A stretch of DNA of 64,000 nt from Gammaproteobacteria bacterium. Its GTDB lineage: Bacteria > Pseudomonadota > Gammaproteobacteria > Eutrophobiales > Eutrophobiaceae. The stretch spans positions 2,112,001-2,176,000 of the forward strand of contig OZ220696.1 in NCBI GenBank assembly GCA_965116495.1, read 5' to 3'. Of this stretch, positions 1 to 10,730 are shown in pieces. Numbering within the stretch: position 1 is the stretch's first letter; every line of letters starts with the position of its first letter. The position numbers and the translations under genes were made by a program. The notes below the pieces were generated by a model, which saw nothing but the letters and a program-made list of their open reading frames with translations, was not told the origin of the DNA and searched no databases.

Positions 1-519
1 ATCGGCGGCGTAGGCCTGTTTGCGTTCTTCGTTATCAAGTCCGGAAATAATCACCCCCGTCGACATTCCCAGGAAAGAATATATAGCTCCCATCCATTCG
101 GCATCCCGCTGCGCCAGGTAATCGTTCACGGTGATGATATGCACTCCGGATCCCGTCAGCGCATTAAGATAAGCGGGCATTGTCGCTACCAGCGTCTTAC
201 CCTCACCGGTACGCATCTCGGCAATGTTTCCCCGGTGCAATACGATGCCGCCGACCAGTTGTACGTCAAAGTGGCGCATATCCAGGGTTCTCCTGCCCGC
301 TTCGCGAACCAGGGCAAATGCCTCCGGCAGGAGATCGTCCAGTGTTTCGCCCTGCTCATACCTGGACTTCAGCAGCGCGGTTTTTTGCGGGAACTCGGCA
401 TCCTTGAGCCTGGTTACGCTTTCCTCAAGCGCATTGATCCTGCTAACGGTCTTTTGCATCGATTTCAGGACGCGTGTGTTCCTGCTGCCGAATATTTTTG
501 TGAAAACAGTTCTGATCAC
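1..519 (-). CDS. secA: Preprotein translocase SecA, N-terminal part (runs off window)
   Basis: Manual translation from GTG at 519: [14 protein letters not shown]...[11 protein letters not shown]...[12 protein letters not shown]...[18 protein letters not shown]. Absent from the ORF track because it is truncated. Confidence 0.97.
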   Translation of the reverse strand, partial: MIRTVFTKIFGSRNTRVLKSMQKTVSRINALEESVTRLKDAEFPQKTALLKSRYEQGETLDDLLPEAFALVREAGRRTLDMRHFDVQLVGGIVLHRGNIAEMRTGEGKTLVATMPAYLNALTGSGVHIITVNDYLAQRDAEWMGAIYSFLGMSTGVIISGLDNEERKQAYAAD

Positions 520-554
520 GTGGAAAATCCCATTAATACGCCCCGGTGTATGCG

Positions 555-706
555 GTGTATGGGGTCAGGTCGCACAATGCACACGTCCGGGAATGCGTGT
601 ATGGGGTCAGGTCGCACAATGCACACGTCCGGGAATGTGACCCCATACGGGTTGTGTGTGCATTGTGCGACCTGACCCCATACACGCACGTGACCCCATA
701 CACGCA
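555..706. repeat. GGGGTCAG-type palindromic repeat cluster
   Basis: 41-bp unit GTGTATGGGGTCAGGTCGCACAATGCACACGTCCGGGAATG at 555-595 and 597-637, inverted copy at 656-688, partial TGACCCCATAC copies at 638 and 691. Confidence 0.9.
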
Positions 707-751
707 CAAGCGTGGGCTGATTAAAACAGAACGGGTTGAAAAAATAAAGGA

Positions 752-1636
752 TTACTGCAAAGAAATATAGCTGCGGGGATTGACGTGCCGGCCGTTTCTG
801 ACAACCTCGAAGTGAACATGCGCACCTGTACTGCGCCCGGTGCTACCCATTATCGCGATCACCTCACCCCTCTCGACTTTTTCCCCTGCACTGACAAGGT
901 TTTCCTTGTTATGTGCGTAGCGGGTAACATAGCCGTTGCCGTGGCTGATTTCAACCAGGTTACCATAGCCCTGGTCAGGACCCGACCAGGTTACGATCCC
1001 CGAGGCAATGGAGGTAACCGGCATCCCGGACCTCCCGGCCAGATCAACCCCCATGTGATACTCTTTCTTCCCAGATATGGGGTGCGTCCGGGGACCGAAG
1101 AACGACGAAAACCAGCCGCCTTCGGCAGGGTTGCCCAACGGCCGGGCCTGGTCCTGCAAACTTCTTCCCATCAGCATGGATTCCATCGCCGATAATTTAT
1201 CCTGACGGTCCTGCAGGGCCTGCTCCAGTTGATTAAGGGAAATGAGAAAATCAAAATCCGACAATTCCTGTGAACTGTCGTTGAGCATGGCTTGAGGTCC
1301 GCCGATACCCGGTGGATTCGTAGCTCCGAATTCAATATCATCCAGTTGCGCCATCTTGGCGAGTCGAGCACCCAGCGCATCCAGCCTCATGACATGGCTC
1401 TGCAATAAACTCAGCCGGCCCACCATCGCGCTCAAGGCTGTCTCCGTGTCCGCCTTCACGTCCTCCAGGGCCTGTAATTCACCCTTGATGAGACGCTTGT
1501 CCATATAAATACCACCCAGGCTGGAAAAGCAAACAGCAAATACGGCAATACCTGCCAATCCAACAGCACACGCCCACGGGCCCACGGACAGCCTCAGGGC
1601 CTTCTTTCTTTCACTGAAAAAGACTATTATCTTCAT
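752..1636 (-). CDS. M23 family metallopeptidase
   Basis: HMGVD, YAHN and HVHFEV motifs, N-terminal TM plus coiled coil, usual position next to secA. Confidence 0.92.
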   Translation of the reverse strand: MKIIVFFSERKKALRLSVGPWACAVGLAGIAVFAVCFSSLGGIYMDKRLIKGELQALEDVKADTETALSAMVGRLSLLQSHVMRLDALGARLAKMAQLDDIEFGATNPPGIGGPQAMLNDSSQELSDFDFLISLNQLEQALQDRQDKLSAMESMLMGRSLQDQARPLGNPAEGGWFSSFFGPRTHPISGKKEYHMGVDLAGRSGMPVTSIASGIVTWSGPDQGYGNLVEISHGNGYVTRYAHNKENLVSAGEKVERGEVIAIMGSTGRSTGAHVHFEVVRNGRHVNPRSYISLQ

Positions 1637-1657
1637 CTGTCACAATTTCTTCAGCTA

Positions 1658-2107
1658 ATGACTATCCACACTAATACTAAAATCAGTACGATATCAGACC
1701 TGCTTGCTACCTCTGACAGACTGTCACAAATTTGCGAGCATACCGAAAAAATCAGTGCACTACAAATCAAACTGTATGAAAACCTCGACTTTCCGCTGAA
1801 TAAGCATGCCATTGTAGCTGATTACCAGCAGAAAACTCTTGTTTTACATACTGACAGCGCCAGCTGGGCGGCCAGGCTGCGCTATGTGACCCCCGATCTT
1901 CTCACAGTTTTCAAAGGCGATCTTCCGGGGATCCGGACAATCCGCATTAAGGTAATGCTCCCTGACCCGCAAAACCAGACCTCGCTCAAGGCGGCAAAAG
2001 TCTCCCCCGTCACTGCACACGGAATTCGCCAGGTGGCTGATAAAACAGGAGATCCGGCTCTTCGATCCACCTTGCAAAGCATAGCCGAAAATTTGGGGTC
2101 ATCATAA
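1658..2107 (+). CDS. dciA: DciA/DUF721 family helicase loader
   Basis: [16 protein letters not shown] motif; usual position between M23 peptidase and lpxC. Confidence 0.8.
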   Translation: MTIHTNTKISTISDLLATSDRLSQICEHTEKISALQIKLYENLDFPLNKHAIVADYQQKTLVLHTDSASWAARLRYVTPDLLTVFKGDLPGIRTIRIKVMLPDPQNQTSLKAAKVSPVTAHGIRQVADKTGDPALRSTLQSIAENLGSS

Positions 2108-3019
2108 TCCCACGGCAGCCAGCGGCCGAATATATGAAACCGATTCTGCGGTGTCTTCCCCGAAGTTGACGATCTCCCAGGCATCCCGGGTGAGCGTCAG
2201 TTTGTACAGGAGCTGGTTATTAAGCTCATGGCCTGATTTATAGCCCTGGTACGAACCGATCAAGTTATGACCGAGGAGGTACAAATCGCCTATCGCATCA
2301 AGAATCTTATGCCTGACGCACTCATCCTGGTAGCGCAGGCCCTCTTCATTGACGACCTGCTCGTTGTCAACAACGATCGCATTATCCAGGCTTCCACCCA
2401 GGATGAGATTTCTTTCCCGCAGGAAATCAAAATCCTTCATGAAGCCAAAGGTCCTGGCACGGCAGACTTCCTTGACAAATGACGTGGTGGAAAAATCAAT
2501 TTCCGCACGGCAATGCCTGTCCTGGAAAACCGGGTGATCGAACTGTATGGTAAAACCTACCTTGAACCCTTCATAAGGCTGAAGCATCGCCCATTTATCG
2601 CCGTCTTCGACGCGTAATTCCTTTTTTATCCGAAGAAAACATTTTTCTTCATCCTGTTCCCGTACCCCGGCGGATTGGATTAAAAAGACGAACGGACCTG
2701 CACTGCCATCCATGATCGGCACTTCTTCAGCGCTCACGTCGATATAAGCATTATCAATACTGAAACCGGCGAGAGCCGACAGCAGGTGTTCTACCGTGGA
2801 AATGCTGACCCCGTCCTTAACCAGGGTGGTAGACAGCCGGGTGCTCCCCACATTAGCCATGTGAGCAGGGATGTCTGTGGGGGGATCCTGGTCGACACGC
2901 CGGAAGATTATACCCGTGTTTACCGTTGCCGGGCGTATGGTAATGCTGGCCTTCTTGCCGGTATGCAAGCCTACCCCCTGCGCCCGGATCGCATTTTTGA
3001 GTGTACGCTGTCTAATCAC
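2102..3019 (-). CDS. lpxC: UDP-3-O-acyl-GlcNAc deacetylase
   Basis: MIRQRTLK start, [27 protein letters not shown]. Confidence 0.98.
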   Translation of the reverse strand: MIRQRTLKNAIRAQGVGLHTGKKASITIRPATVNTGIIFRRVDQDPPTDIPAHMANVGSTRLSTTLVKDGVSISTVEHLLSALAGFSIDNAYIDVSAEEVPIMDGSAGPFVFLIQSAGVREQDEEKCFLRIKKELRVEDGDKWAMLQPYEGFKVGFTIQFDHPVFQDRHCRAEIDFSTTSFVKEVCRARTFGFMKDFDFLRERNLILGGSLDNAIVVDNEQVVNEEGLRYQDECVRHKILDAIGDLYLLGHNLIGSYQGYKSGHELNNQLLYKLTLTRDAWEIVNFGEDTAESVSYIRPLAAVGL

Positions 3020-3021
3020 AA

Positions 3022-4164
3022 CTAATCAGCCTGTCTCCTAAGAAAAGCAGGAATCTCAAGATAATCAGGATCGTCCCTGACGGGGGCAATTCCAGCATTG
3101 GCATCTTTGTTGCGAATTATGGTCGGACGTTCGAGTTTATCATAATCCATGTTGTCCACGCCAACGGCACCCGTTGTGACCAGCTTTGGTCTTGACATCT
3201 CATCTCCAGGCTGGCTGAGCCCGGTGGCAACGATGGTAACCCATAATTCATCATTGAGGTCAGGGTTGAGAACGGTTCCAATAACCACTGTCGCTTCTTC
3301 GGCGGAAACAGTCTTGATGATGTTCCCCACTTCGTTGAACTCACCTATGCAAAAATCCATACCGGCAGTAATATTTGCCAGTATGCCTTTGGCACCAGAC
3401 AGGTCGATGTGTTCCAGTAACGGACTGCTTATGGCAGCCTCCGTCGCCATCCTGGCGCGGTCCTCGCCATTGGCTTTCCCGGATCCCATCATCGCCATGC
3501 CCATTTCTCCCATCACGGTTTTAACGTCGGCAAAGTCAACATTGATCAAGCCCCGGCAGGTTATTACCTGGGCAATACCCTGGACCGCGCCAAGGAGCAC
3601 GTCATCGGCAGACTCGAACGCATTCACCAGGGGCACGTCCGCGCCTAATACGTCCGCCAGTTTATCGTTCGGCACAGTGATCAGTGAATCAACATACTGG
3701 CTGAGATCACGAATACCGTTGTTCGCGATTTCGCACCGTTTTCTGCCTTCAAATGAAAATGGTTTGGTAACGATTGCGACTGTCAGAATACCCATTTCCC
3801 TTGCCACCTGGGCAACGATGGGCGCCGCTCCGGTACCTGTACCTCCGCCCATGCCGGCGGTAATGAATACCATATCGGCGCCCCCCAGGACATCCTCAAT
3901 TCTGTCCCTGTCCTCCAGCGCCGACTGGCGCCCGACTTCGGGGTCGGCACCGGCGCCCAGACCGTGGGTAATGGTGTTGCCGAACTGGATGATATTGTGT
4001 GCATTCGAGGCTTTCAGTGCCTGGGCATCGGTATTGGCACAAATGAAGTCAACTCCTTCAATCCCAGCCTTCAACATGTGGTTTACGGCATTACCGCCAC
4101 CGCCGCCAACCCCGATCACTTTTATTACCGCAGCTTGATTTGCAGCATCGACTAGTTCAAACAT
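3022..4164 (-). CDS. ftsZ: Cell division protein FtsZ
   Basis: GMGGGTGTG tubulin signature; C-terminal [10 protein letters not shown]. Confidence 0.99.
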   Translation of the reverse strand: MFELVDAANQAAVIKVIGVGGGGGNAVNHMLKAGIEGVDFICANTDAQALKASNAHNIIQFGNTITHGLGAGADPEVGRQSALEDRDRIEDVLGGADMVFITAGMGGGTGTGAAPIVAQVAREMGILTVAIVTKPFSFEGRKRCEIANNGIRDLSQYVDSLITVPNDKLADVLGADVPLVNAFESADDVLLGAVQGIAQVITCRGLINVDFADVKTVMGEMGMAMMGSGKANGEDRARMATEAAISSPLLEHIDLSGAKGILANITAGMDFCIGEFNEVGNIIKTVSAEEATVVIGTVLNPDLNDELWVTIVATGLSQPGDEMSRPKLVTTGAVGVDNMDYDKLERPTIIRNKDANAGIAPVRDDPDYLEIPAFLRRQAD

Positions 4165-4195
4165 TTTATCTGTCTCCTGGATTAAAAAAATATTG

Positions 4196-5416
4196 TCAAA
4201 CGTTACCTTGAAACCAACTCTTCATTCGATTCCAAACACTGGACGCCCCGCTATCAATACGCTTGGGGAGGGTGCGGTCCTGTTGTTGGCGCAGGCCGTA
4301 CAGCAACAACCCCACGCCGGTTGCATAAATCGGATTTTTCACCAGCTCAACCAGGCCACTGACATACTGTGGCGTTCCGACCCTCACGGGTACGTGAAAT
4401 ACTTCTTCGGCCAGTTCGACAACGCCTTGCATATTGGAACTGCCGCCCGTCAACACAATACCGGCCACGATCTGCCTCTCGTAACCAGTCCGTCTCAATT
4501 CAGCCTGCACCAGGGAAAACAGCTCCTCATAGCGGGGCTCGACGACTTCCGCCAATGTCTGTCTGGACATCCGGCGTACCGGCCGGTTGCCGACACTCGG
4601 GACTTCCACGGTCTCGTCGGGATTTGCCAGTTGCGCCAGCGCACAGGCGTGCCCGACCTTAATCTCTTCGGCATTCTGTGTGGGTGTACGCAAGGCAACT
4701 GCTATGTCGTTGGTAACCTGGTCGCCGGCTATGGGAATCACCGCGGTGTGGCTGATCGCGCCATTGGTAAAGACGGCCAGGTCCGTGGTGCCGCCGCCGA
4801 TATCCGCCAGGCAGACACCCAGGTCTTTTTCATCTTCCGTCAATACCGAATAGCTCGACGCCAGTTGCTCCAGGACGATATCGTCTGCTTCCAGACCGCA
4901 GTGGCGCACACACTTGATGATATTCTGGGAGGCGCTGGCTGCGCCGGTCACTATGTGCACCTTCGCTTCCAGCCTGACGCCGGACATGCCTATGGGCTCC
5001 TTGATGCCTTCCTGGCCGTCGATGATGAAATCCCGGGGGATGATATGCAGTATCTTCTGATCCGCCGATATGGCAACAGCCTTGGCTGCATCAATAACCC
5101 GTTCGATATCACCTGCCGTCACTTCATTATCACGAATCGCAACAATTCCATGAGAATTCAGACTCCTGATGTGATTGCCCGCAATCCCCGTGAACACTGC
5201 GTGGATATTACAACCCGCCATCAGCTCGGCTTCCTGAATGGCGCTCTGGATAGTCTGCACCGTCGATTCGATATTGACTACCACACCTTTCTTCAACCCG
5301 CGTGATCGGCACGATCCCAGACCGATTATTTCGATCTCGTTTTCCGCGGATACCTCTGCAACAATCGAGACGACTTTTGAAGTCCCGATATCAAGCCCGA
5401 CAATTAAATTAGTCAT
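4196..5416 (-). CDS. ftsA: Cell division protein FtsA
   Basis: VGLDIGTSKV, DIGGGTTD, VLTGGSS, C-terminal amphipathic WNRMKSWF. Confidence 0.99.
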   Translation of the reverse strand: MTNLIVGLDIGTSKVVSIVAEVSAENEIEIIGLGSCRSRGLKKGVVVNIESTVQTIQSAIQEAELMAGCNIHAVFTGIAGNHIRSLNSHGIVAIRDNEVTAGDIERVIDAAKAVAISADQKILHIIPRDFIIDGQEGIKEPIGMSGVRLEAKVHIVTGAASASQNIIKCVRHCGLEADDIVLEQLASSYSVLTEDEKDLGVCLADIGGGTTDLAVFTNGAISHTAVIPIAGDQVTNDIAVALRTPTQNAEEIKVGHACALAQLANPDETVEVPSVGNRPVRRMSRQTLAEVVEPRYEELFSLVQAELRRTGYERQIVAGIVLTGGSSNMQGVVELAEEVFHVPVRVGTPQYVSGLVELVKNPIYATGVGLLLYGLRQQQDRTLPKRIDSGASSVWNRMKSWFQGNV

Positions 5417-5422
5417 CTCCCC

Positions 5423-6199
5423 TCACCCGGAAATTATTGACCTGGACTCCTTGGTCCATTTGACCGCAAACCCGTTGGTGTATCTCATATCAATCAATTT
5501 TGCCTGCAACAGCCTGTCAGCCTGGTACGGGATTGCAAAACCGAAAAATCGTTTAAACCTGTCTTCTACATCTTTTCTCCCCAGCAGGACGAGCGGCCCG
5601 TCCGCCAGTTTAAATTGCCAGGCCCTTCTTTCCGTCAGCACAAGCATGTCGATTTCCATATCCCGGCTCATTAATTCCGTTTTCAGGAACTCGTATTTCT
5701 CCAACACCATCTCTTCGCTGCCCTGTGGCCCGCTCAGGAACGGCAGGCCCGGAGGAAAGGAAGCCTGTGGTGGTGAGAAAATGCTTGCATCGCTGCTGAT
5801 CAGGGCGTTGCTGCCCCATCGGGCCACTGGTTCATGTTCTGTAATAAATATCATCAGGCTATCGGGCCAGACCCGCCTGACCGCCACCTCGTCGATCCAC
5901 TCCTGTTGCAGTAACTCCCGCTTTATGGCGGCGACATTTTCGGTAATAAAACCACCCCGGATAATATGCGCGGCTTTTTTTTCCAATTCAGCCGGTGACA
6001 GGTGTACGAAGTTGCCGGCAATCTGCACACTTTTAATCGGCAGGATCTGCGACCAGGGAATTTTCGACCAGAAAAACAGCGCCAGTGATATGCACACGGC
6101 CGCTATCAATATCCTGACAAGTTTTTTTTGCGCACGCGCAACAGCCAAATCGGCGTTGGCCACCGTGTTATTGCCGATATGCATATACGATTGAGTCAT
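5423..6199 (-). CDS. ftsQ: Cell division protein FtsQ
   Basis: TM + POTRA (VRRVWPD, EHEPVARW), IDMRYTNGFAV. Start set at ATG 6199; the longer ORF start lies inside a repeat. Confidence 0.93.
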   Translation of the reverse strand: MTQSYMHIGNNTVANADLAVARAQKKLVRILIAAVCISLALFFWSKIPWSQILPIKSVQIAGNFVHLSPAELEKKAAHIIRGGFITENVAAIKRELLQQEWIDEVAVRRVWPDSLMIFITEHEPVARWGSNALISSDASIFSPPQASFPPGLPFLSGPQGSEEMVLEKYEFLKTELMSRDMEIDMLVLTERRAWQFKLADGPLVLLGRKDVEDRFKRFFGFAIPYQADRLLQAKLIDMRYTNGFAVKWTKESRSIISG

Positions 6200-6349
6200 T
6201 GCATCCATCCCTGGACGCAACCCTTCGGGCGGCTGCGCCGTGCACAAATCTGCCTGGAGCAGATTTGAACAGTTGAGCCACGCGAAACTGGCCCCAACGG
6301 GGCAAAGTACAGGACGTACTTTGTAAATCGTCTATCCTGACGATTTGTC
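6196..6349. repeat. Multi-hairpin dispersed repeat (nested pair) between ddl and ftsQ
   Basis: Shares CATCC(C/T)TGGACGCAACCCTTCGGGCGGCT...AAATCGTCT.TCCTG.CGATTTGTC and ACAAATCTGC.TGGAGCAGATTTG with the copy at 25.55-25.78 kb. Confidence 0.85.
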
Positions 6350-7304
6350 ACAGCGCCCCCACCGTAGCGGATTCTTTCTCCGGCAGGCTTGTGTCGAGCA
6401 CCTGCAGGACCAGGCTGTCGAAATCTATTCCCACCTGTTGCGCCGCCATGGGTACCAGGCTATGACCGGTCATCCCCGGGACCGTATTCACGTCGATCAG
6501 GTAAGGTCTGTGGTTTTCATCCAGTAACATATCAACCCTGCCCCAGCCACCGGAACCGATTGAGTCGAATGCCTTCAGCGCCAGGGCGGACATATCTTTT
6601 TCCAGTTCCTGCGGAAGGCCGCAGGGACAGAGATAACGGGTGGAATCATCCAGGTACTTGGCCTGGTAATCATAGAAATCCCGATCCGTTTCTATTTTGA
6701 TTGCCGGCAGTGCCGATCCGTTCAATATGCCCACGGTGTAATCGCCGCCGGTTATCCAGCGCTCGCACATGACGTCGCGGTCGTATTTGACGGCGTTCTG
6801 CCAGGCCTCCTGCAATCCTTCCGCACTGCCCACTTTACAGGCACCAAGACTGGAACCTTCGTGCACAGGTTTCAACATGAGCGGAAGACCCAGGTCTTCC
6901 GCCACGTTATCCAGATCTTCCGCACAGCGGACCTGTTTGAATTCCGGGGTCGGCAAGCCCTGGCTCTGCCAGATCCATTTGCACCTGACCTTGTCCATGG
7001 ACAAGGCCGAACCGAGCACGCTGCTTCCCGTATAGGGCAGGTTAAGGGTTTCCAGGGCGCCCTGGATGACGCCGTCTTCACCGCCACGACCGTGCAGCGC
7101 GACAAATACCCGATCAAAATCGGCGCCAACCAGGTCACTCACCACTGTTTCTCCCGCATCGATCCCCCAGGCATCCACACCCTGACGGCGCAGAGCCGCC
7201 AAGATCGCCGCGCCTGTCTGCAGGGATATTTCCCGCTCGGCCGAGCGACCTCCCATCAGCACTGCAACCTTGCCGTATCGGCTGTTTTTTTTTAGCTCGT
7301 TCAA
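6348..7304 (-). CDS. ddl: D-alanine--D-alanine ligase
   Basis: GGRSAEREISL, LHGRGGEDG, EGSSLG, GRVDM, NTVPGMT. Confidence 0.98.
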   Translation of the reverse strand: MNELKKNSRYGKVAVLMGGRSAEREISLQTGAAILAALRRQGVDAWGIDAGETVVSDLVGADFDRVFVALHGRGGEDGVIQGALETLNLPYTGSSVLGSALSMDKVRCKWIWQSQGLPTPEFKQVRCAEDLDNVAEDLGLPLMLKPVHEGSSLGACKVGSAEGLQEAWQNAVKYDRDVMCERWITGGDYTVGILNGSALPAIKIETDRDFYDYQAKYLDDSTRYLCPCGLPQELEKDMSALALKAFDSIGSGGWGRVDMLLDENHRPYLIDVNTVPGMTGHSLVPMAAQQVGIDFDSLVLQVLDTSLPEKESATVGAL

Positions 7305-8242
7305 GTCCGTACCCGTATTAATGCTTCACCGACGATTCTTACCTCCGGTATCAGTCTGACGCCTGTCTTCTTCCTGACACTTGCCTGTACGTGTAAAACC
7401 AGGGCTTCTATATCCCCCGCGCTGGCCTTGCCAGCATTGATGATGAAGTTCGCGTGTTTATCCGACACATGGGCATCACCGATGGCAAAGCCTTTCAGAC
7501 CGCACTGATCGACCAGACGCCCGGCAAAATCGCCCGCGGGATTTTTAAATACAGAGCCGCAACTGAACTGTCCCGTCGGCTGGGTCTCGGTTCTCCTGGC
7601 CAGTAATTCCCTGATGCGTGCTTCAGCCTTTCCGTCCGGGTCGGTTTCCAGCCGGAACAGCGCTCTGACGAACCATTCATCATGCGCCTTATCGACCTGG
7701 CGGTACCCTGTTGCAAATTCGGATCCCGACCTCCGGACCCGCATGCCTTTACGCGTCACTGTCTCCACCTGTTCGACGATACTCCAGGTCTCCGCGCCGA
7801 AGGCGCCGGCATTCATGGCCAGCGCACCCCCCACTGATCCCGGAATGCCCACCAGGAATTCTGCGCCGGTTAAACCGGATTTCGCACTGAACCGGGCCAC
7901 TTTTGCACAGGGCACGCCACAACCCGCCCATACTGCATTGTCCGCTGCCAATTCAAGCCTGTTTTTCATGCCGACGGTTGAAATGACCGTACCCCTGATG
8001 CCGCCGTCCCGCACCAGCAGGTTACTGCCCAGGCCAAGCCAGGTGACAGGTTCGTCATCCGGCAGTGCGGCGAGAAAAACGGCCAGGTCGTCCCCATCGG
8101 CGGGAACATAAAAACGGTCTGCAGGCCCGCCGACTTTCCACGAGGTATGCCTGGACATCTTCTCGTCCGTCCTGAGCGTGCCGCGCAGCGGTTGTTTCAC
8201 AATCCGGTCATTCTGGCCTGTCGAAATTGTTTCCATAAGCAT
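7301..8242 (-). CDS. murB: UDP-N-acetylmuramate dehydrogenase
   Basis: HTSWKVGGPA, GLGSNLL, IPGSVGGALAMNAGA, SCGSVFKNP, KHANFIIN. Confidence 0.97.
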   Translation of the reverse strand: MLMETISTGQNDRIVKQPLRGTLRTDEKMSRHTSWKVGGPADRFYVPADGDDLAVFLAALPDDEPVTWLGLGSNLLVRDGGIRGTVISTVGMKNRLELAADNAVWAGCGVPCAKVARFSAKSGLTGAEFLVGIPGSVGGALAMNAGAFGAETWSIVEQVETVTRKGMRVRRSGSEFATGYRQVDKAHDEWFVRALFRLETDPDGKAEARIRELLARRTETQPTGQFSCGSVFKNPAGDFAGRLVDQCGLKGFAIGDAHVSDKHANFIINAGKASAGDIEALVLHVQASVRKKTGVRLIPEVRIVGEALIRVRT

Positions 8243-8243
8243 C

Positions 8244-9659
8244 TCAGTTGCTCCCTTTGCCGTACTTGTCGAGTAACCGGACTCCAAGCGCACTGATATC
8301 CCCGGCGCCCAGCAACAACAGGATATCGTTGTGTTCCGTAACGTTTTCCAGCACGGCAAACAATTCCGTTTCATCACTGACGAGAATAGGTTCCACCTCT
8401 CCCCTGACCCTGAGCGCCCGGCTCAGGGAACGGCTGTCGGCGCCCTTGATGGGTTGCTCTCCGGCAGGATAGACCTCAAGCAGGATCAAGGTGTTGAGCC
8501 CGGACAACACGTGGCAGAATTCCTCGAACAGGTCCCGGGTGCGGGTATACCGGTGCGGCTGGAATACGACGACCACTTTCCTGCCGGGCCAACCATCGGC
8601 AACGGCAGTATTGATAGCGCTAATTTCACTGGGGTGGTGGGCGTAATCGTCGATAAGCAACACGGTTTTCCCGTCAATCCGGATATCACCCAGGATAGAA
8701 CTCCTGCGGTCTATACCCTGGAAGTTTGCCAACCCGGTACCGATTGCCTGTTGCGACACGCCCAGTTCGGTTGCCAGCGCCACTGCCGCCAGAGCATTAA
8801 GAATGTTATGCCGGCCCGGCAGGTTCAACGTCACCGGAAAAGCGTCATCCCGGTTGCGCTGTACAATATTGAAGCGGGTGATCGCACCGTCATATTCGAT
8901 TGATTCCGCCCGGTAATCCGCATCGGAATCTATCCCGTAAGTGACATAAGGCCGGTTGATGTGGGTAACTATCGCCCGGATACCGGGGTCATCGCCGCAG
9001 ATGACCACCAGCCCGTAAAACGGCAGGCAGTGCAGGAAATCGATAAAGTTGTTTTGCAACGCCTGGTAACTGCCGCCGCAATATTCAAGGTGGTCGGCAT
9101 CGATATTGGTCAGGACTGCGTAGACAGGTTGCAGGTGCAGGAAGGAGGCATCGCTCTCATCCGCCTCGGCTACAATGTATTTCCCCCTGCCGAGCCGGGC
9201 ATGGGAACCCGACATATTCAGGCGTCCGCCGATAATATAGGTCGGGTCGAACATGCCTTCCGCCAGCAGGTTGGCAATCAGGCTGGTTGTTGTTGTTTTC
9301 CCATGGGTGCCGGCCACCGCTATGCCTTCCCTGAAACGCATCAGTTCAGACAACATCTCTGCCCGCGGGATGATTGGTATGCGTTGTTTGCGCGCAGCCG
9401 ACAACTCCGGATTGTCATCCGGAACAGCACTGGAATAAACGACCACGTCGCTCCCGTTCACACATTTTGCATGATGCTCGAAGCGGACCTCGACGCCCAG
9501 ACTTGCCAGCCGTTCCGTGATGTTGCCCTGTTTCAGGTCCGAGCCCGTGACCGTGTAACCCAGGTTATGCAGGACCTCGGCTATTCCACTCATACCGACA
9601 CCGCCGATACCGACAAAATGGATATGCCTGACGCGACGCATGTTGTGGCTTTCAGGCAT
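8244..9659 (-). CDS. murC: UDP-N-acetylmuramate--L-alanine ligase
   Basis: HFVGIGGVGMSG, GTHGKTTT, EADESD, DDYAHHP, FQPHRYTR. Confidence 0.98.
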   Translation of the reverse strand: MPESHNMRRVRHIHFVGIGGVGMSGIAEVLHNLGYTVTGSDLKQGNITERLASLGVEVRFEHHAKCVNGSDVVVYSSAVPDDNPELSAARKQRIPIIPRAEMLSELMRFREGIAVAGTHGKTTTTSLIANLLAEGMFDPTYIIGGRLNMSGSHARLGRGKYIVAEADESDASFLHLQPVYAVLTNIDADHLEYCGGSYQALQNNFIDFLHCLPFYGLVVICGDDPGIRAIVTHINRPYVTYGIDSDADYRAESIEYDGAITRFNIVQRNRDDAFPVTLNLPGRHNILNALAAVALATELGVSQQAIGTGLANFQGIDRRSSILGDIRIDGKTVLLIDDYAHHPSEISAINTAVADGWPGRKVVVVFQPHRYTRTRDLFEEFCHVLSGLNTLILLEVYPAGEQPIKGADSRSLSRALRVRGEVEPILVSDETELFAVLENVTEHNDILLLLGAGDISALGVRLLDKYGKGSN

Positions 9660-10730
9660 AAGCTTCCTCCAGGCAGAATGTACCGACCGTCTGTGCGGCA
9701 TCCGGGTAGGCATGTATCCGGGTTTTCTGCGCCAGTTCGAACAGTCTGTTTTCCGTACTGCAGAGTTGCCACAATAAATCCTCGATCCTGGCTTCGGTCA
9801 ATTCTTTTTCGGGGAGCAACAACGCCGCGCCTGCATCACTCAGGTAGCGGGCATTGGCGGTTTGATGATCGTCTATGGCATAGGGAAACGGGATCAATAT
9901 CGACGCTAGTCCCGCTGCACACAATTCCGCAATCGTCAGGGCGCCGGCCCTGCATACGACGATATCCGCCCAACCGTAAGCTGATGCCATATCGGTAATA
10001 AACGGATCAACCCTGACCTGGTCCAGTTGCAGACCCGCATAGAGACGTTCCGTCTGAATGTGATTTTTCTCTCCGCATTGATGCCAGACGTTCACCTTGA
10101 GCCTGCCCTGCAACCTGTTCAGGCCCAGGGGCACCACCTGGTTCAGTTGTCGCGCGCCCTGGCTGCCGCCGAGCACCAGAACATTCAGCCTGTCCTGAGT
10201 CCCGGCAATTTTCGGTCCAGGCAGGTCTACGATCTCCCGACGTACCGGATTGCCCGTGGTGGCGACCCTGGCGCCGGCCTCGAACGTTTCCGGAAAACCC
10301 TGCATGACCTTCACGGCAAAGCGGGCGAGGATCCTGTTGGTCGTACCCGCAATCCTGTTCTGTTCATGGATCAGCAATGGGATGCGTAACAACCACGCTG
10401 CAATACCACCGGGGCCACTGGCGAACCCACCCATTCCCAGGACCGCAGCCGGACGCCGCCGAATGCAGATGTACAGCGCCTGGAGTATTGCAGTCAGTAT
10501 TTTTACCGGTGCAACAAGCTTGCTTGTCAACCCCTTGCCGCGTACTCCGCTTACCCTGACGGTCAGCAGTTCTATCCCTTGTTCCGGGACAACCCGGTTC
10601 TCGATCCCGCGGGGCGTTCCCAGCCAGAACAGCGGAATGTCTTTTGCACGCAGGTAATCGGCCACGGCCAGTGCGGGTACACGTGCCCGCCGGTCCCCCC
10701 CGCCATGATCATGATCGGGTTAGTTTTCAT
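9652..10730 (-). CDS. murG: MurG glycosyltransferase with a 1-bp frameshift near 10675 in this sequence
   Basis: N-terminus MKTNPIMIMAGGTGGHVYP (ATG 10730) is in a different frame from ALAVADYL...HEQN...GGSQGA. Length 1079 nt is one short of a multiple of 3. Confidence 0.93.

Noticed and set aside
139-675. Plus-strand ORFs at the window start
   Set aside because: Antisense shadows of secA running into the repeat.
555-706. Possible CRISPR array
   Set aside because: Units are adjacent with no unique spacers, include inverted copies, and no cas genes are present.
6200-6247. N-terminal extension of FtsQ
   Set aside because: Derived from the inserted repeat, with no FtsQ-like character.
10670-10705. 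Programmed frameshift in murG
   Set aside because: The shift is not at the nearby G7 run, which stays in frame for AGGTGG, and no slippery heptamer is visible; an indel is simpler.
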